NCBI GenBank assembly: GCA_009602725.1
Contig: WELB01000030.1
Span: forward strand, 465,674-502,555
From: Spirogloea muscicola
Taxonomy: Eukaryota
Length of the DNA stretch: 36,882 nt
Direction: 5' to 3'
The notes beneath the pieces are model-generated. The model was not told the origin of the DNA, searched no databases, and saw only the letters and a program-made list of their open reading frames with translations. Made by a program: the position numbers and the translations under genes. Shown one piece after another: positions 1 through 10,500 of the stretch (position 1 is the stretch's first letter; every line of letters starts with the position of its first letter).

Positions 1-207
1 GTAGCAGGACACCAGACCCAAAGGCACCGAGCCACCGGGAAGGGCAGCACCCTGCTCCCGGCGCCGCTGGTCAGCTTGAGAGGCCAGCAGCGAAAGTAAC
101 GAGGACCACCGACCCCCGTAACACCCATGGATGTCCATGGCCAGGGGGTAAAAGGTATCACCCGCCGGGTGGTCCTTGTACTTGTGCAGCTTCTTCCGTT
201 CCGTTCG
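1..207 (-). mobile_element. CRE-like RLE non-LTR retrotransposon fragment (endonuclease C-terminal part; runs off the window edge)
   Basis: Minus strand translates ERKKLHKYKDHPAGDTFYPLAMDIHGCYGGRWSSLLSLLA...LGLVSCY, the KxxKY...P(L/A)AxD/ExxG segment of RLE domains; it aligns with the copies at 208-960 and 21051-21501. Confidence 0.75.
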
Positions 208-960
208 GCAAACAGGCCGAAACACGTCGTCGCAAGAAAGACAGATATGCAGCTGGCAAGCCCAACTCAACCGGAAAGACATCTGCACGACGTGTGTAGC
301 CTAGATTGGCAATATTTTGGAGGAGGGTGTGGAAACGAGGACCCAGACAAACCAAAGACGTCGATTGCCGCTGGCAGGAGCTGATCGCATTGAGGGTAGT
401 CGGAGTAATGCTGCAGCTTTCTTTGTTCTGCAACGCCCACTGCGTGACCAGCGATGTGTGTGGATGCTGGTCCCTTGTACGCCTCCATTACCACAACGTC
501 GACCAGGGCCCGTGGTCCTCCACCAGGTTGCACGCCCACAATGTCAAGTGTGCGGCGATGATGACGTCCCTGGGCGTCCGTCGTGATAGGCCTGATATCG
601 TTGACTTCCACGACTGCACGGTAGCCGGCGTCGCGCATCAAACCCGCCAGGGCATCGCGGAGGAGGTTGTGGATGCCCACCACTTCTGGCCCAGTGGGGC
701 ATCTCAGCATGTGTGTGGCGAGCTCAGCACCCTCTGCACGGAAGCCGCACTCGCACTGCCGCACCCCGATCAGGCAGTGAGGTGGGAGGCCGAGGAAGAG
801 TTGAAGCGAAGTCCGAAAGGCCTCGGAGCTGATGCTGAAGGCGTTGGCGACGGCGTGAGAGGTGATCCAATCCGTGGCACCAGGTGCGGCTAGAGAAGTC
901 TTGCCAGGCTCCTTGGATTATTCACAATCTCTGGCAGCCTCCTCAACCTTCTGCGACGTT
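208..960 (-). mobile_element. Decayed CRE-like non-LTR retrotransposon ORF fragment (pre-knuckle region, CCHC zinc knuckle, RLE domain)
   Basis: ARLL..PGATDWI...FRTSLQLFLGLP, CECG-x9-HMLRC, IHNLLRD, RTLDIV, LVDVVV, AEQRKLQHY, PAAIDVFG; after a frameshift LGPRFHTLLQNIA...FLRRRVSACL. Confidence 0.85.
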
Positions 961-990
961 CGTCTTCCACTGCTGTAACCAGTCTGGATT

Positions 991-1045
991 GTGCCCTTCT
1001 AGAGAAGAGGGGCTGGCAAAGCCAGCCCAAAAAGAATGGACAGCA
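991..1045 (-). mobile_element. 3'-terminal double-hairpin of the same retroelement family
   Basis: Minus strand CATTCTTTTT-GGGCTGGC-TTT-GCCAGCCC-CT-CTTCT-CT-AGAAG; perfect 8-bp stem matching the family 3' motif. Confidence 0.65.
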
Positions 1046-1084
1046 GCAAGCTCAGGCTCATGCTTCGCACCAGAAAGCTGGTCG

Positions 1085-1552
1085 AGCCTTAGCTGGTGGC
1101 GCAAGTGCTTGTCGATTGCCGTTCGGTGTTCGGGCATCAGTGGGCGACCTCTATGTGCTGAGGCTACTCACTCGTACCTACTGAGTGATCCATCCTCCCC
1201 CTGTTCTGACATAGCAACTTCCGGCCCCTTTGTAGCTGCTAATCGCTTGTAGGCCCCTCCAAACCTTTGTCAATTCATTTTGGGCTGGCTTTTCGCAACC
1301 CTTGCCCCCATTGGGAGTGCCACTTCTTCTATGTGCTGAATCGTGGTCACTGAGCGGGTCAGCTTGGCAGCAGGTGGTGTACATCTTCAATGTGCTTGCT
1401 TTTGTGCTTTGCCACTCAAGCCCTCCATCACTCAACAAACACTCCATTTCCTACATTTCTATTTTTCTGGCCCCTTCACACCTTTGTTCATTCTTCAGCC
1501 TGGGCTGGCCAATCACAGCCATCGCCCTCCACTGGAGGAGTCTTCTATCTCT
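1085..1552 (+). mobile_element. Older retroelement 3' end (ORF terminus plus 3' UTR) interrupted by a younger insertion
   Basis: WRKCLSIAVRCS resembles YRMRLAVSLQRS. Removing 1162-1339 restores GDLYVLNRGH*, followed by TCTGGCCCCTTC..CTTTGTTCATTCTT..TGGGCTGGCCAATCACAGCC..CCTCCACTGGAGG..CTTCTATCTC. Confidence 0.7.
1162..1327 (+). mobile_element. ~166-bp short retro-insertion (copy A) with 12-bp target-site duplication
   Basis: TCTATGTGCTGA at 1150-1161 and 1328-1339; aligns end to end with 6823-6995(-); ends GGGAGTGCCACTTCT. Confidence 0.85.
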
Positions 1553-1569
1553 GGAGTAACGTAGTGCGA

Positions 1570-1715
1570 CGCCCAGAGTGCGCGCGGTGCTCGTGATGCA
1601 GCAGACACGCCTTCAGAAATTGTGCAGGTGTGCCCTTGCTACCGCCTCCGGTAATTGGCAGGGGCCCCGAAGTTGGCTTTATTATTTGCTGCTCAAGCAT
1701 TTCCAGCCCAAGGTG
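1570..1715 (+). mobile_element. Highly degenerate retroelement ORF C-terminus
   Basis: VRAVLVMQQTRLQKLCRCALATASGNWQG resembles RLAVSLQRSMARALHLRAGRALAAASGSGQG at 21350-21445; followed by TTTCCAGCCC. Confidence 0.4.
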
Positions 1716-1739
1716 CTCGGCTCTAGTCTGACCGGTGCA

Positions 1740-1970
1740 CCTTCCACGCGTAGGCTGTGATGACGAAATCCCCCCCTGTTGTAAGACTACGTCATGCTTA
1801 GGGCATGTTGTGGGCAACAATGGAATTCGTGTCGACCCTATGGTAAAGTGCAGTAGTAAGGACAGACGGTACCACGGATTATGCCGCAGGTGCATTCCTT
1901 TCAATCGTCTAATTGGATAAGTCTGTCCTCGGGTCATCTTTATGAGTTTTTCAAATTTCCCATCACTTGC
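1740..1970 (+). mobile_element. Degenerate Ty3/gypsy-type reverse transcriptase remnant
   Basis: CLGHVVGNNGIRVDP matches the YLGHxVxxxGIxVDPxK motif at the end of gypsy RT; QVHSF (cf. EVRSFLG) follows in another frame. Confidence 0.5.
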
Positions 1971-2485
1971 GCTGTGGTCAACTTCCAAATGAAGTGCTGC
2001 GCCCCATTTTTTGCTGGAGCTTATCCTCCTCCCTCTCTCGGCTGGCCTGAAGTCTAAGCCCCTTATTCCTGCAACCTTTTCTCACAGTGACACAGTATCT
2101 TCAGGAGCATATGCTGCACTTACTTTGTGTGCTCAATAACAGCCAAAAACACCCTCAGAGAGAGCACACTGCTCTTTCGCCACGGCCTATCACTTCACGG
2201 CCTGCACAAGGGCCACTAAGAAGTTGCTGCTGCACCTCCACAAGCATGCAGAGCTGCAATGGGTCGAGTATAAGTGCAGCCACGGCATGTAACAGTATGC
2301 CGAATGCAGGAATAGAGTGCCAGACGATGCCAATATTACATCGTTTCAACCAAAACTCTCCAACAAGCCTCTTCCAAGCAAAGGCAAGAGAAGGGGAAGC
2401 AGAGCGCACGGCTGTGCAGGAGCAGAAGCTTGTGCAATGTGCAGGTCGCCCAGCCTCAAGGCAGGCTCAGTTAAAGAGCAGTCCG

Positions 2486-3764
2486 TCACCTTCTGCTCTC
2501 TTTGTCGCCTTGCTCATCAGTGGAGTTGCCGACCTCCGCCTGACCTTTACTAACATTAGACGGAGGAGGGCTGCCAGGCTTCTGCTCCGGAGCCATGCCC
2601 AGGGCGAGCTGTGCCGCATACAGCGTGAGGCCAAGAGAATTCGCCGCGAAGACGAAGGTGGCAAGGTACAGCAATCCCGTAATTATGGTTCTGCAGGCAG
2701 CAGGAGGGCCGCACGTCCATTAGTTCCATGAACCACCTTAATCAATGGCTTGGGGTGTGAGGTCGAGGCTACTGGTCAGAGGAGCAACGAATTGATGCGC
2801 AATAAAATCAAGCATTGCAAGAGCGCCGCAAAGAAGTAGTTGGGCCACCACAACCGCATCGATGGGGCTGCTATACCTGACTGTGATCGTTAAATTCCGG
2901 ACCTGTGGCATTGATCAGGCAAGCCACATCCCGTCAGATTCTCTTAGACGCTTACAGTCAGATTCAGACGCTCAGCAAGATGATGCGCAGCGTGTGACTG
3001 GGGTGCTCCTCCCTGGCCCCCGCTAAATGCGCAGCCGCCCTCCTGCTTTCTGATCCTCTTGAGACCGCGACTAGCACAAAGGTAAAGGTTCTGAGCACAA
3101 GCTAAGGCATCTATACTCATAGGAACGTACAGTGTAAGCAGAGGAGACCGCCTTCTCCGCAAAGCCGTGCTCCACAGTCGTCGTGAAGTTCCAGAGCCCA
3201 AAGCCAATGCCGCCGGCAACAAGCGCGCCGCCCAGTGTATTCACCACCGTGGGAGGCGGCAGCTCCAGCTGCGGCGGCGGCGGGAGCTTGCCGAGGAGCG
3301 CGGCTCGGCGCTCGTTCTCGGCCTGCTGGGCCTGCTGCACGTTGGCGGCCCGGAAGCGCTGCCAGCACCCAGACACGAGAGAGCTAAGTGTCCATGTTGA
3401 GAGCTGGAGCTGCCACACTGCTGCGTATGCAGAGGCCCTCTGAAACAGTGGGCTCGTCGATCTGCCTCAGCACTTCATACGGATGCTTAGGCCTTCTGAG
3501 GCTGGACGACTGATCCCACTCGTGGTCATTCATGGCCGGCCCCGCTCACCATCTCCTTGGCGCGCCGGGACCGCCGCCGCAGCGCGCGCAGGAGCAGCAG
3601 CGTGATGGCGCCGGTGAGCGCCACGCTGGCCACGGTCTGCAGCGGCGACACCTCGGGAATGTCCAGCGGCCCCAGCTCGATGGGCCCGCCCTCGTCCGCC
3701 GCGGCGGCGTCGACGGCGGGCCCCGCAGCCCGCAGCTCCGTGGCACGCGCGGCGAGCGGCGGCC
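2486..3764 (-). CDS. DUF3082-family membrane protein (5' end lost in the N gap)
   Basis: Exons <3764-3550, 3358-3131, 2902-2877, 2691-2486 with GT-AG introns give PTVVNTLGGALVAGGIGFGLWNFTTTVE...YTVRNLTITVRTIITGLLYLATFVFAANSLGLTLYAAQLA, the DUF3082 signature. Confidence 0.88.
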
Positions 3765-4118
3765 NNNNNNNNNNNNNNNNNNNNNNNNNNNNNNNNNNNN
3801 NNNNNNNNNNNNNNNNNNNNNNNNNNNNNNNNNNNNNNNNNNNNNNNNNNNNNNNNNNNNNNNNNNNNNNNNNNNNNNNNNNNNNNNNNNNNNNNNNNNN
3901 NNNNNNNNNNNNNNNNNNNNNNNNNNNNNNNNNNNNNNNNNNNNNNNNNNNNNNNNNNNNNNNNNNNNNNNNNNNNNNNNNNNNNNNNNNNNNNNNNNNN
4001 NNNNNNNNNNNNNNNNNNNNNNNNNNNNNNNNNNNNNNNNNNNNNNNNNNNNNNNNNNNNNNNNNNNNNNNNNNNNNNNNNNNNNNNNNNNNNNNNNNNN
4101 NNNNNNNNNNNNNNNNNN

Positions 4119-4157
<39 letters not shown>
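3765..4157. other. Assembly gap (N 3765-4118) followed by a 39-nt poly-A run
   Basis: Directly visible; lies in the GC-rich divergent promoter region of two genes. Confidence 0.95.
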
Positions 4158-4158
<1 letters not shown>

Positions 4159-4177
4159 GGCGGCGGCGGCCGCGGCG

Positions 4178-6125
4178 ATGGAGCCGGCCGTCTTCTCGCT
4201 GGCCGGCGTCTTTGGCGAGGAGGCCGCGCCGGCAGCTGGAGGTGCCGGCGACGCAGCCGCTGCAGCGTAGCTGCGCGCTGCTCGCAGTCGCCGCCGTCGG
4301 CAGCCGCCGTCCAGTGACAAGAGTCGTGAATATGACGGCGGCGGCGGCGGCGTCGGCGGCGGCGTGGCAGACGAATGTGACGGCCCGCAGGAGTACGAGG
4401 TCCGCCAGCACGACTTCCCCGGCAAGGTGCGGCCATGGCGGCGGCCGCTGCCGCTGGCGCTGCCGCAGCCGCCGCAGACCTGCGCCCCCTCTAAGCCGCG
4501 GCAAGGGCCACTGCAACAGCTGTCTGGTCGTGGAGTTTGGCGCTGGAGCCCGCCATGACGGCCCCGCGCTGCTGCCGCCCGCCTTCTTTCGCAGGCCCTG
4601 CTCGTCCGCGAGTTCGGCTTCCACCGCTGCAACGCGAACCTGGCCTGGCCTGGCGCGCGCGCTTTCGCCGACTGGCTGCACGCCCGACGCCACCTCCTCC
4701 ACGGCCGCCGCATCCTCGAGCTCGGCAGGTGCCTGCCGTGAGCAAGACCCTCAATCCTCACATGATGCGGCAACGGGAGGCCTTTCGTCACATCGAGTTG
4801 CAGCTGAAGTCAAGCAGGCACTGACCTGGCAGCGCCCTGGCTGTAGGCTCCAGCGGCACGGGGGCGCTGGCTGTTTACCTTGCCAGCGTGCTGGGCGCTG
4901 ACGTGACCACTTGCGACTACGACGACATCGAAATCGAGCAGAATATTGCCTTCAACTGCCGCAGCAATGGCCTGGCAGTCCTCCCCCACGTCCGGCGTGA
5001 GCACATTGGGGCCGTCCCATGAGTCTTAGCTGCAGTGACCTCGCAAGCAGGAGTGGAGGGTGGCTCATTTGTGAGCGGGATGGCAGGAGGACACTGGTCA
5101 GACAGTAGGCATGGTGCATGGGTGCAGCATTGTCCAATTCAATGTCGTCTTGTCAAGGAATGCCTCTTGGTGCCAAATGCACTTGCTCTGCTGCACGTGC
5201 CTGGCAGATGTCAACCTCGATGGTGGAGCCTCATGCACATTCGCGATAGAACTCTCGCTTCAGCCTCTGATACTAGTTTGACAAGAACGTTGCAGATACT
5301 TGGGGCATCTTTCCGTTCCCTGTCGAGCCCCCTGCTTGGGATCTCATCCTCGCAAGCGATGTCCTCCTCTGTGAGTTGCTGTTTGCACATGACTGCAGAC
5401 GACTTTGCTTAACAGGATGCCAGCAGCAGACTGGTACTAGAGCAAGTCAACTCATATATGTCAGCTACACATTCTGATACTGTCTTGCCATATCATCTGT
5501 TCAATGACACCAAACATGTGACTGTTGTTTATGATCAATCATTGTCTCTTTTTTGCCAGATGTAAAGGAGTATGGCAACTTGATCAAGACCTTAACATTC
5601 CTACTCCGCAAGTTTCAGAGATCAGGAACTGAAGAAGTAGCTGCCAAGATGGGTCAATCAGACGACAACTCAGAGCGAGCAGATCACAGATCGTGCGATG
5701 CCTTTGGCCAGGAAGCTGAGTTGCCCTTGCCTGCAGCAATGAGACAAGGACCAAGAGAGAGTGCCGAAGGCCTGGGCGTGGCAGTGACCACCTTGCCTCC
5801 TGCAGCAGGCTACCGGTACCATGGAGCTGCCACTGGTCAAGAAGCAGAGGTCGACTTTCCAAATAGAGAAGCCTCAATTGCAGGCCCTGATGCAAGTGTG
5901 AATATGCAAAGTGTTGGACGTGGTCCACATCGTGCAACAGGGAACCGACGGGTCGTTAACAAGGGAGTTGAGATTGACGGGCTTGCGCGCCTGCCCATAC
6001 CGTCCGTCCTCGTGAGCTGGCGGAGGCGACTGCCCAAGACTGAGACTGACCGCTTCTTCGGCGGGTGCGGAGATGCAGGCCTCGTTGTGAAGGACCTGGG
6101 GTCTGCGGTCTTCCTTATACATTGA
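4178..6125 (+). CDS. METTL21/Methyltransf_16-family SAM-dependent protein methyltransferase (resembles Arabidopsis AT5G01470)
   Basis: Spliced product MEPAVFSLAGVF...VREFGFHRCNANLAWPGARAFADWL...ILELGSGTGALA...VTTCDYDD...HTWG...WDLILASDVLLYVKEYGNLIKTL...SWRRRL; motif I ELGSGTG and DxxY; six GT-AG exons. Confidence 0.92.
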
Positions 6126-6822
6126 GCCGCAGACTTCTGGGCTGTCAATGATCATGACCTCACCCGAGGCTCAAAAATTGCTTGTCCAGAAGTTGCTTGC
6201 CCAAGCGCAGGCGGTATTTACCATGTCTGTTTGAATTGGCTGCTGATCCGTGGCTGCAATGATATGGCCGAGGTTCAAGGGCTAAGCGGCCGAGCACACC
6301 ACAATGGCCCAGCACTCGAGACCCCCGCCTGTACTGCCAGTCGGCAATGAAAGAACGCGCCTGCTTATTAAAGGGGCGGCTGGGAAAGCCGGCCAAGTGC
6401 ACACAGTTGGCAGTGCAGCGCTGCAGAGCTGGCTCCAGCGATCAGCTGTGGCGGGACGTGCCGGCCCCAGAGGCTGGCAGGCTCGGACATCGGACATCGA
6501 ATTTCTTGCGTGTGTTGAAGTGATGGAAAGACAAAGTCCGAGTACATCGGCAAGCACATCGGATGACGTACATTAACCACTGCAATTTGACCCGCTCACT
6601 GACCACAGGTCAGAAGGGGACGTCGGACCCCGCGAAAGCTGAGGTGCGCGGGACAGCGAGGGACGGGCGCCTCGGGGGCGACGGGCGGTCAGAGCGGGGA
6701 AGTGACTGGCGAGCGTCGCCTCGAGACGGCCGCCCGCGTCCACCACGCCCACAGTCCATCACTTAATACACACTTCATTCCCTTTTTGCTTACAGTGGGT
6801 GTCCTGAGACGTCGCGGGGGAA

Positions 6823-6995
6823 AAGAAAGAAGTGGCACTCCCAATGGGGGCAAGGGCTGCGAAAAGCCAGCCCAAATAGAATTCACAAAGGTTCAGAGGG
6901 GCCTAAGAGCGGTCGGTGAGCAGCTACAAAGGGGCCTGAGGATGCAATGGTAAAACAGGGGGAGGATGGATCACTCAATAAGTACGAGTGAGGAG
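6823..6995 (-). mobile_element. ~173-bp short retro-insertion (copy B) with 10-bp target-site duplication
   Basis: CGCGGGGGAA at 6813-6822 and 6996-7005; homologous to 1162-1327 over its whole length; tail CTTCTTTCTT. Confidence 0.85.
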
Positions 6996-7189
6996 CGCGG
7001 GGGAAGAATGGGGCCTCTCGCGGAGCGACCGAGGCAGGCAGCCGTCGGGCACCCGTCTCGCGGCCCAGGATCAGACGGTGGGCCCACACCAGTCCCCCAG
7101 AGGCTAACCCGTTCGAGCGCCCACTGCCAAAATCCATCTACGCTTCCGCTGCTGCTCGTCAGCCCGCCCTCCCGCCCGTCATCTTTCCA

Positions 7190-7435
7190 GCTACCACTGG
7201 GCTTGGCCTTCCACAGCCCTCGGGCCCCTGATGAGCCGTGGCGAGTGCCGGTCAGGCAGCAACGGGTAAGGTACGTTCAGTGGGGAGAAGTGACGGTCTC
7301 AGGCTACACCGGCCTTGCGATGAGAAAAGCTCACCTCCCCGCTCGCCCCATTCGCACGAGCTTTCCACAGCCATCGCCCCCTTCTAATAATAAGCTCACT
7401 TCTTCTCCGTTGTTTATTCTTTTGTGGGCTGGCAT
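7190..7435 (+). repeat. Cluster of degenerate or partial retroelement 3' hairpin motifs
   Basis: TGGGCTTGGCCTTCCACAGCCC...GAGTGCC (7198-7249), TTTCCACAGCCATCGCCCCCTTCT (~7362-7385) and TTCTTTTGTGGGCTGGC (~7417-7433). Confidence 0.55.
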
Positions 7436-7569
7436 TTATTAGCGCCCCGCCCCCCACCCCTCTCTTATCTGCTCTTCCCCCGCCCCCCGCCAGGTGGCAG
7501 GCCGGCCAGAATAGCAGGCGCCGCCCCCGCGCGCCGCGCCGCGACTGCCGCCGCACTCCGCGCCGCCGC

Positions 7570-10500
7570 ANGTCGCCGCGCCCGCACCTGCACGCGGCCG
7601 CGCCGCTGCCGCCGTCGGCCTTCCGGACCAAGCTGAGCGAGGAGGTCTACCGCAAGCTGAAGGAGGTGAGAGCGGCGTGCCGGCGCGCATCCTGCCCGAG
7701 CTTGGCAGAGCTCCGCGTGCGCGAGCGAGCGAGCGGCGCCTGACGGCGCCTCTCTACACCTGCGATCGCCAGGCTGCCGATCCCGTGGTCAGGCAGAAGG
7801 GGGAGCTCCTTCGGCAGCTCTTCAAAGACGTGGCTTTGGAGGTGGACACGCGCGCGCGAGGTACTCCGATGCACGTTGACGGATGTCTCATGGCCACCGG
7901 CGGCTCTGCCGGCAGGCTCTGACTTTCCGAATAGCTGACACTGAGGGCTGCAGTACTGCAAATTCACTAGACTTTCACTGATTTGTGCCTAGCAGTAGTT
8001 CTGCAGATTCGCTAGACTTTCCTGTTTTGTGCCTAACAGTCTGGGATAATGCATGGCCAAGTAACCAGCACTATTACGTACACACCAAGGGTCGTGTGCT
8101 TCTAACGATGCAGCTGGTTAGCACAGTGAGCAGAACATGTGAAAGTGCTGTTGATCTAACCCCTACACTTATCTGGCTACATCTCCAGCGCTTCTCTACC
8201 CCGAGGAAGAGCAGGCTGAGCACTGCGTGAGCGAGAAGTGCAACTCCTTGTGCTTCTACCAAGTCCTGGCGGAGCACTATGCTCAGAAGCCCGAGGACGC
8301 AAAGGCGCTCCTGCCGCTGTTTCCCAGCCTCTGGAGCCAGTCATTCACCTCGCAGATTTTCGCGCTGCTCCTCCATCAGTGGGTGAGCATGCAGGGTTGT
8401 AGTGAACCTGGTGCGCATGGCTTTCAGTTGAAGTGCTTGTGCTGACCGGTCGCCCTTGTAATCAATGGAGATTTCTAGAGAAGATTGCTACTTTGCAGCC
8501 AAGCACCTGAAAGTCGATCAGGGGGGGGAAGAGGACGGGGGGATTGTGTTGTGACCTCTCTCCTTTGACTTGACAGCAAAAGCAAGCACGCTGATGTGAA
8601 GCCTGCTTCTGATGCAGCTCTTTGATGCGCCAGCTGAGCACCCCCAAGAGATACAGCGCTACTCCCGAGCTTTGATAAATGGCACCAACGAGCTCCTCTG
8701 GTGCAGTGCAAATATCTGCTAAGAAAAACGTAGCAGTAGGAATGGTCCTAAGTTAGATCTCAATTAGAATTCAACACTCCTGAGCCACTCCGAGCTTGCA
8801 AAAGCCTTCTGGGACATTAGCATGAGGGACTGTTGCTACGTGAGACTAACTTGCCGTTCAACCCTTCTGGTTGTATTACCAGGATTGACCTGCAGAGCAA
8901 TGTCTACATCTTCAAACCACTTTATGAGGTCCCATATTCCTCCCCTACAAGCCTCGCACTGGAATATTTAAGCAAGCAACTCTGTATGCATGTCTGAGGC
9001 TGAGGAGTCGGAGTTGCCATCTGCATGTGATTCACTCAGTTTGTGCCTCTAATTGTCATATTGCAGCTTGCTTGTCGGCATACGTGAGGATTGTGTCTCT
9101 TGAGCGTTCTATGTGTATGCATGTGCAGTACATCCTCATGGAGGTGGTGCTCACAGCGTCACGTTTCTCAAAGGTTTCGATGCAGGTACTCATTGTCATA
9201 AGCGTCATCCAGTCACATAGCGTACAGGTGTCACTTTGGGCAGAACGATGTCACAAGAAGCAACGAGCAAGTGTGGTCTTTGGATTGGGCTGTCTCACAC
9301 TGTGCAGTCTTTCCGTTGCCTCTTGCATAGAGCTTCTGCTGTCAGGCCTCACAATCTGCACAGGTCTTGGCTGACTGTACAGGCTCGACGTGACATTGCA
9401 GCACTGGTGTGTCGCTTTTTCTTCTTCTACAAGCCAGGTATGTAAGGATCCCAGTGCAGCTGCACATTGTGCAGGCCAGCTGGTTTTGCTCAATCACAGT
9501 CGTTGCCTTGGATAATGAAACAACACAACCAGAAAGCTGTTGCTGAAGTGGCGAGTGTATATAAAGCTTATCGTGACCCGCCATCAAAACCCACCATTGC
9601 CAGCTTCTTGCTTACCAAGTCTTCTTTTGTACTCAATGGCTAGTGCAGCGGAGGCACTGGACTATCTCTTGTCCCGATTCCCGCCTTCTTTGAGCTCAGC
9701 TTACTTTGGGGGACCGTCAGATATTTTTGTTACAGAGATCACGAACCAAGTACGCCCCCATCAGCTTCATTCTGCACTGTACAGCTAGCTAGTAACATCC
9801 CTTAGACTTCTTACCATGTAGTCTTGAAGACATTGGCTATGCACCTCGGCGAGGGTATTGACACGAGTATGCATCACAAGTGCACGGGATCCTGCATTCT
9901 CTCCTTGACTAGGACTGAGTGGTATGTAGCAGTTGCAAAAAATAAGGGTGGAGCCTGTGCTGTTGACGTACCTTCAGAAGACACAAGCTTTAAAAGGTAG
10001 AAGACGTTACGCTCAATAAGCATGCCACTTCGCTAGAGGTTGCCTCTTGCGGTTAGTGCTCTGATTTGTCAAATATGCACGAAGTAATGGCATGCTCGTG
10101 CATGATCTCTTGTGGCAGGAGTGGAATTAAGAACGACAACAAGTATACGGCTGCAGTCTGCCCTGTATATGTTAACCTCACCTGGCGGTCCTCTCTTTCC
10201 TACTCGACCAGTCCGGCATGCAGCTTGGGCAACCCTCGACACCTTATACCCGGTACGTTGTCCGGAAGGAACTAACAGGAGCCTTTCCCTAGCTTAACCA
10301 CCAACAGCATCACTTACACAGACACATTCAAATCTGCTGACTGTGAGATCATCGTGAAGCATCCTGTCATCATTCTGAATCAAGAGGAGGCCACTGCAAG
10401 TGTTAACTGCAGGCCCTACACATGCAGCTCACTAGAGTGTCCAACAGAAGATACATATACTGTGCTCCTCACAGTATATGTATTTGGTGCATTGTGTACT

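Noticed and set aside
207..296. GGC..GCC-GAAACACGTC (hammerhead-like 3' half) and the ACACGTCGT/ACGACGTGT inverted repeat
   Set aside because: No CTGANGA core upstream, and the stretch is fully explained as RLE coding sequence on the minus strand (YTRRAD...LRRRVSACL)
991..1552. CRISPR-like reading of the recurring hairpin motif
   Set aside because: Copies are diverged, on both strands, irregularly spaced and embedded in retroelement ends; eukaryotic context with no cas genes
2087..2731. 214-aa plus-strand ORF
   Set aside because: Antisense to the DUF3082 last exon and 3' region; no recognisable motifs
3526..4901. Long Arg/Ala/Pro-rich ORFs spanning the first N gap
   Set aside because: Artefacts of N runs and extreme GC content; antisense or off-frame to the spliced genes
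7228..7256. CTGATGA-GCCGTGGC-GAGTGCCGGTC resembling a minimal hammerhead ribozyme
   Set aside because: The invariant GAAA is absent, stem I does not pair well, and GAGTGCC matches the retroelement 3' motif
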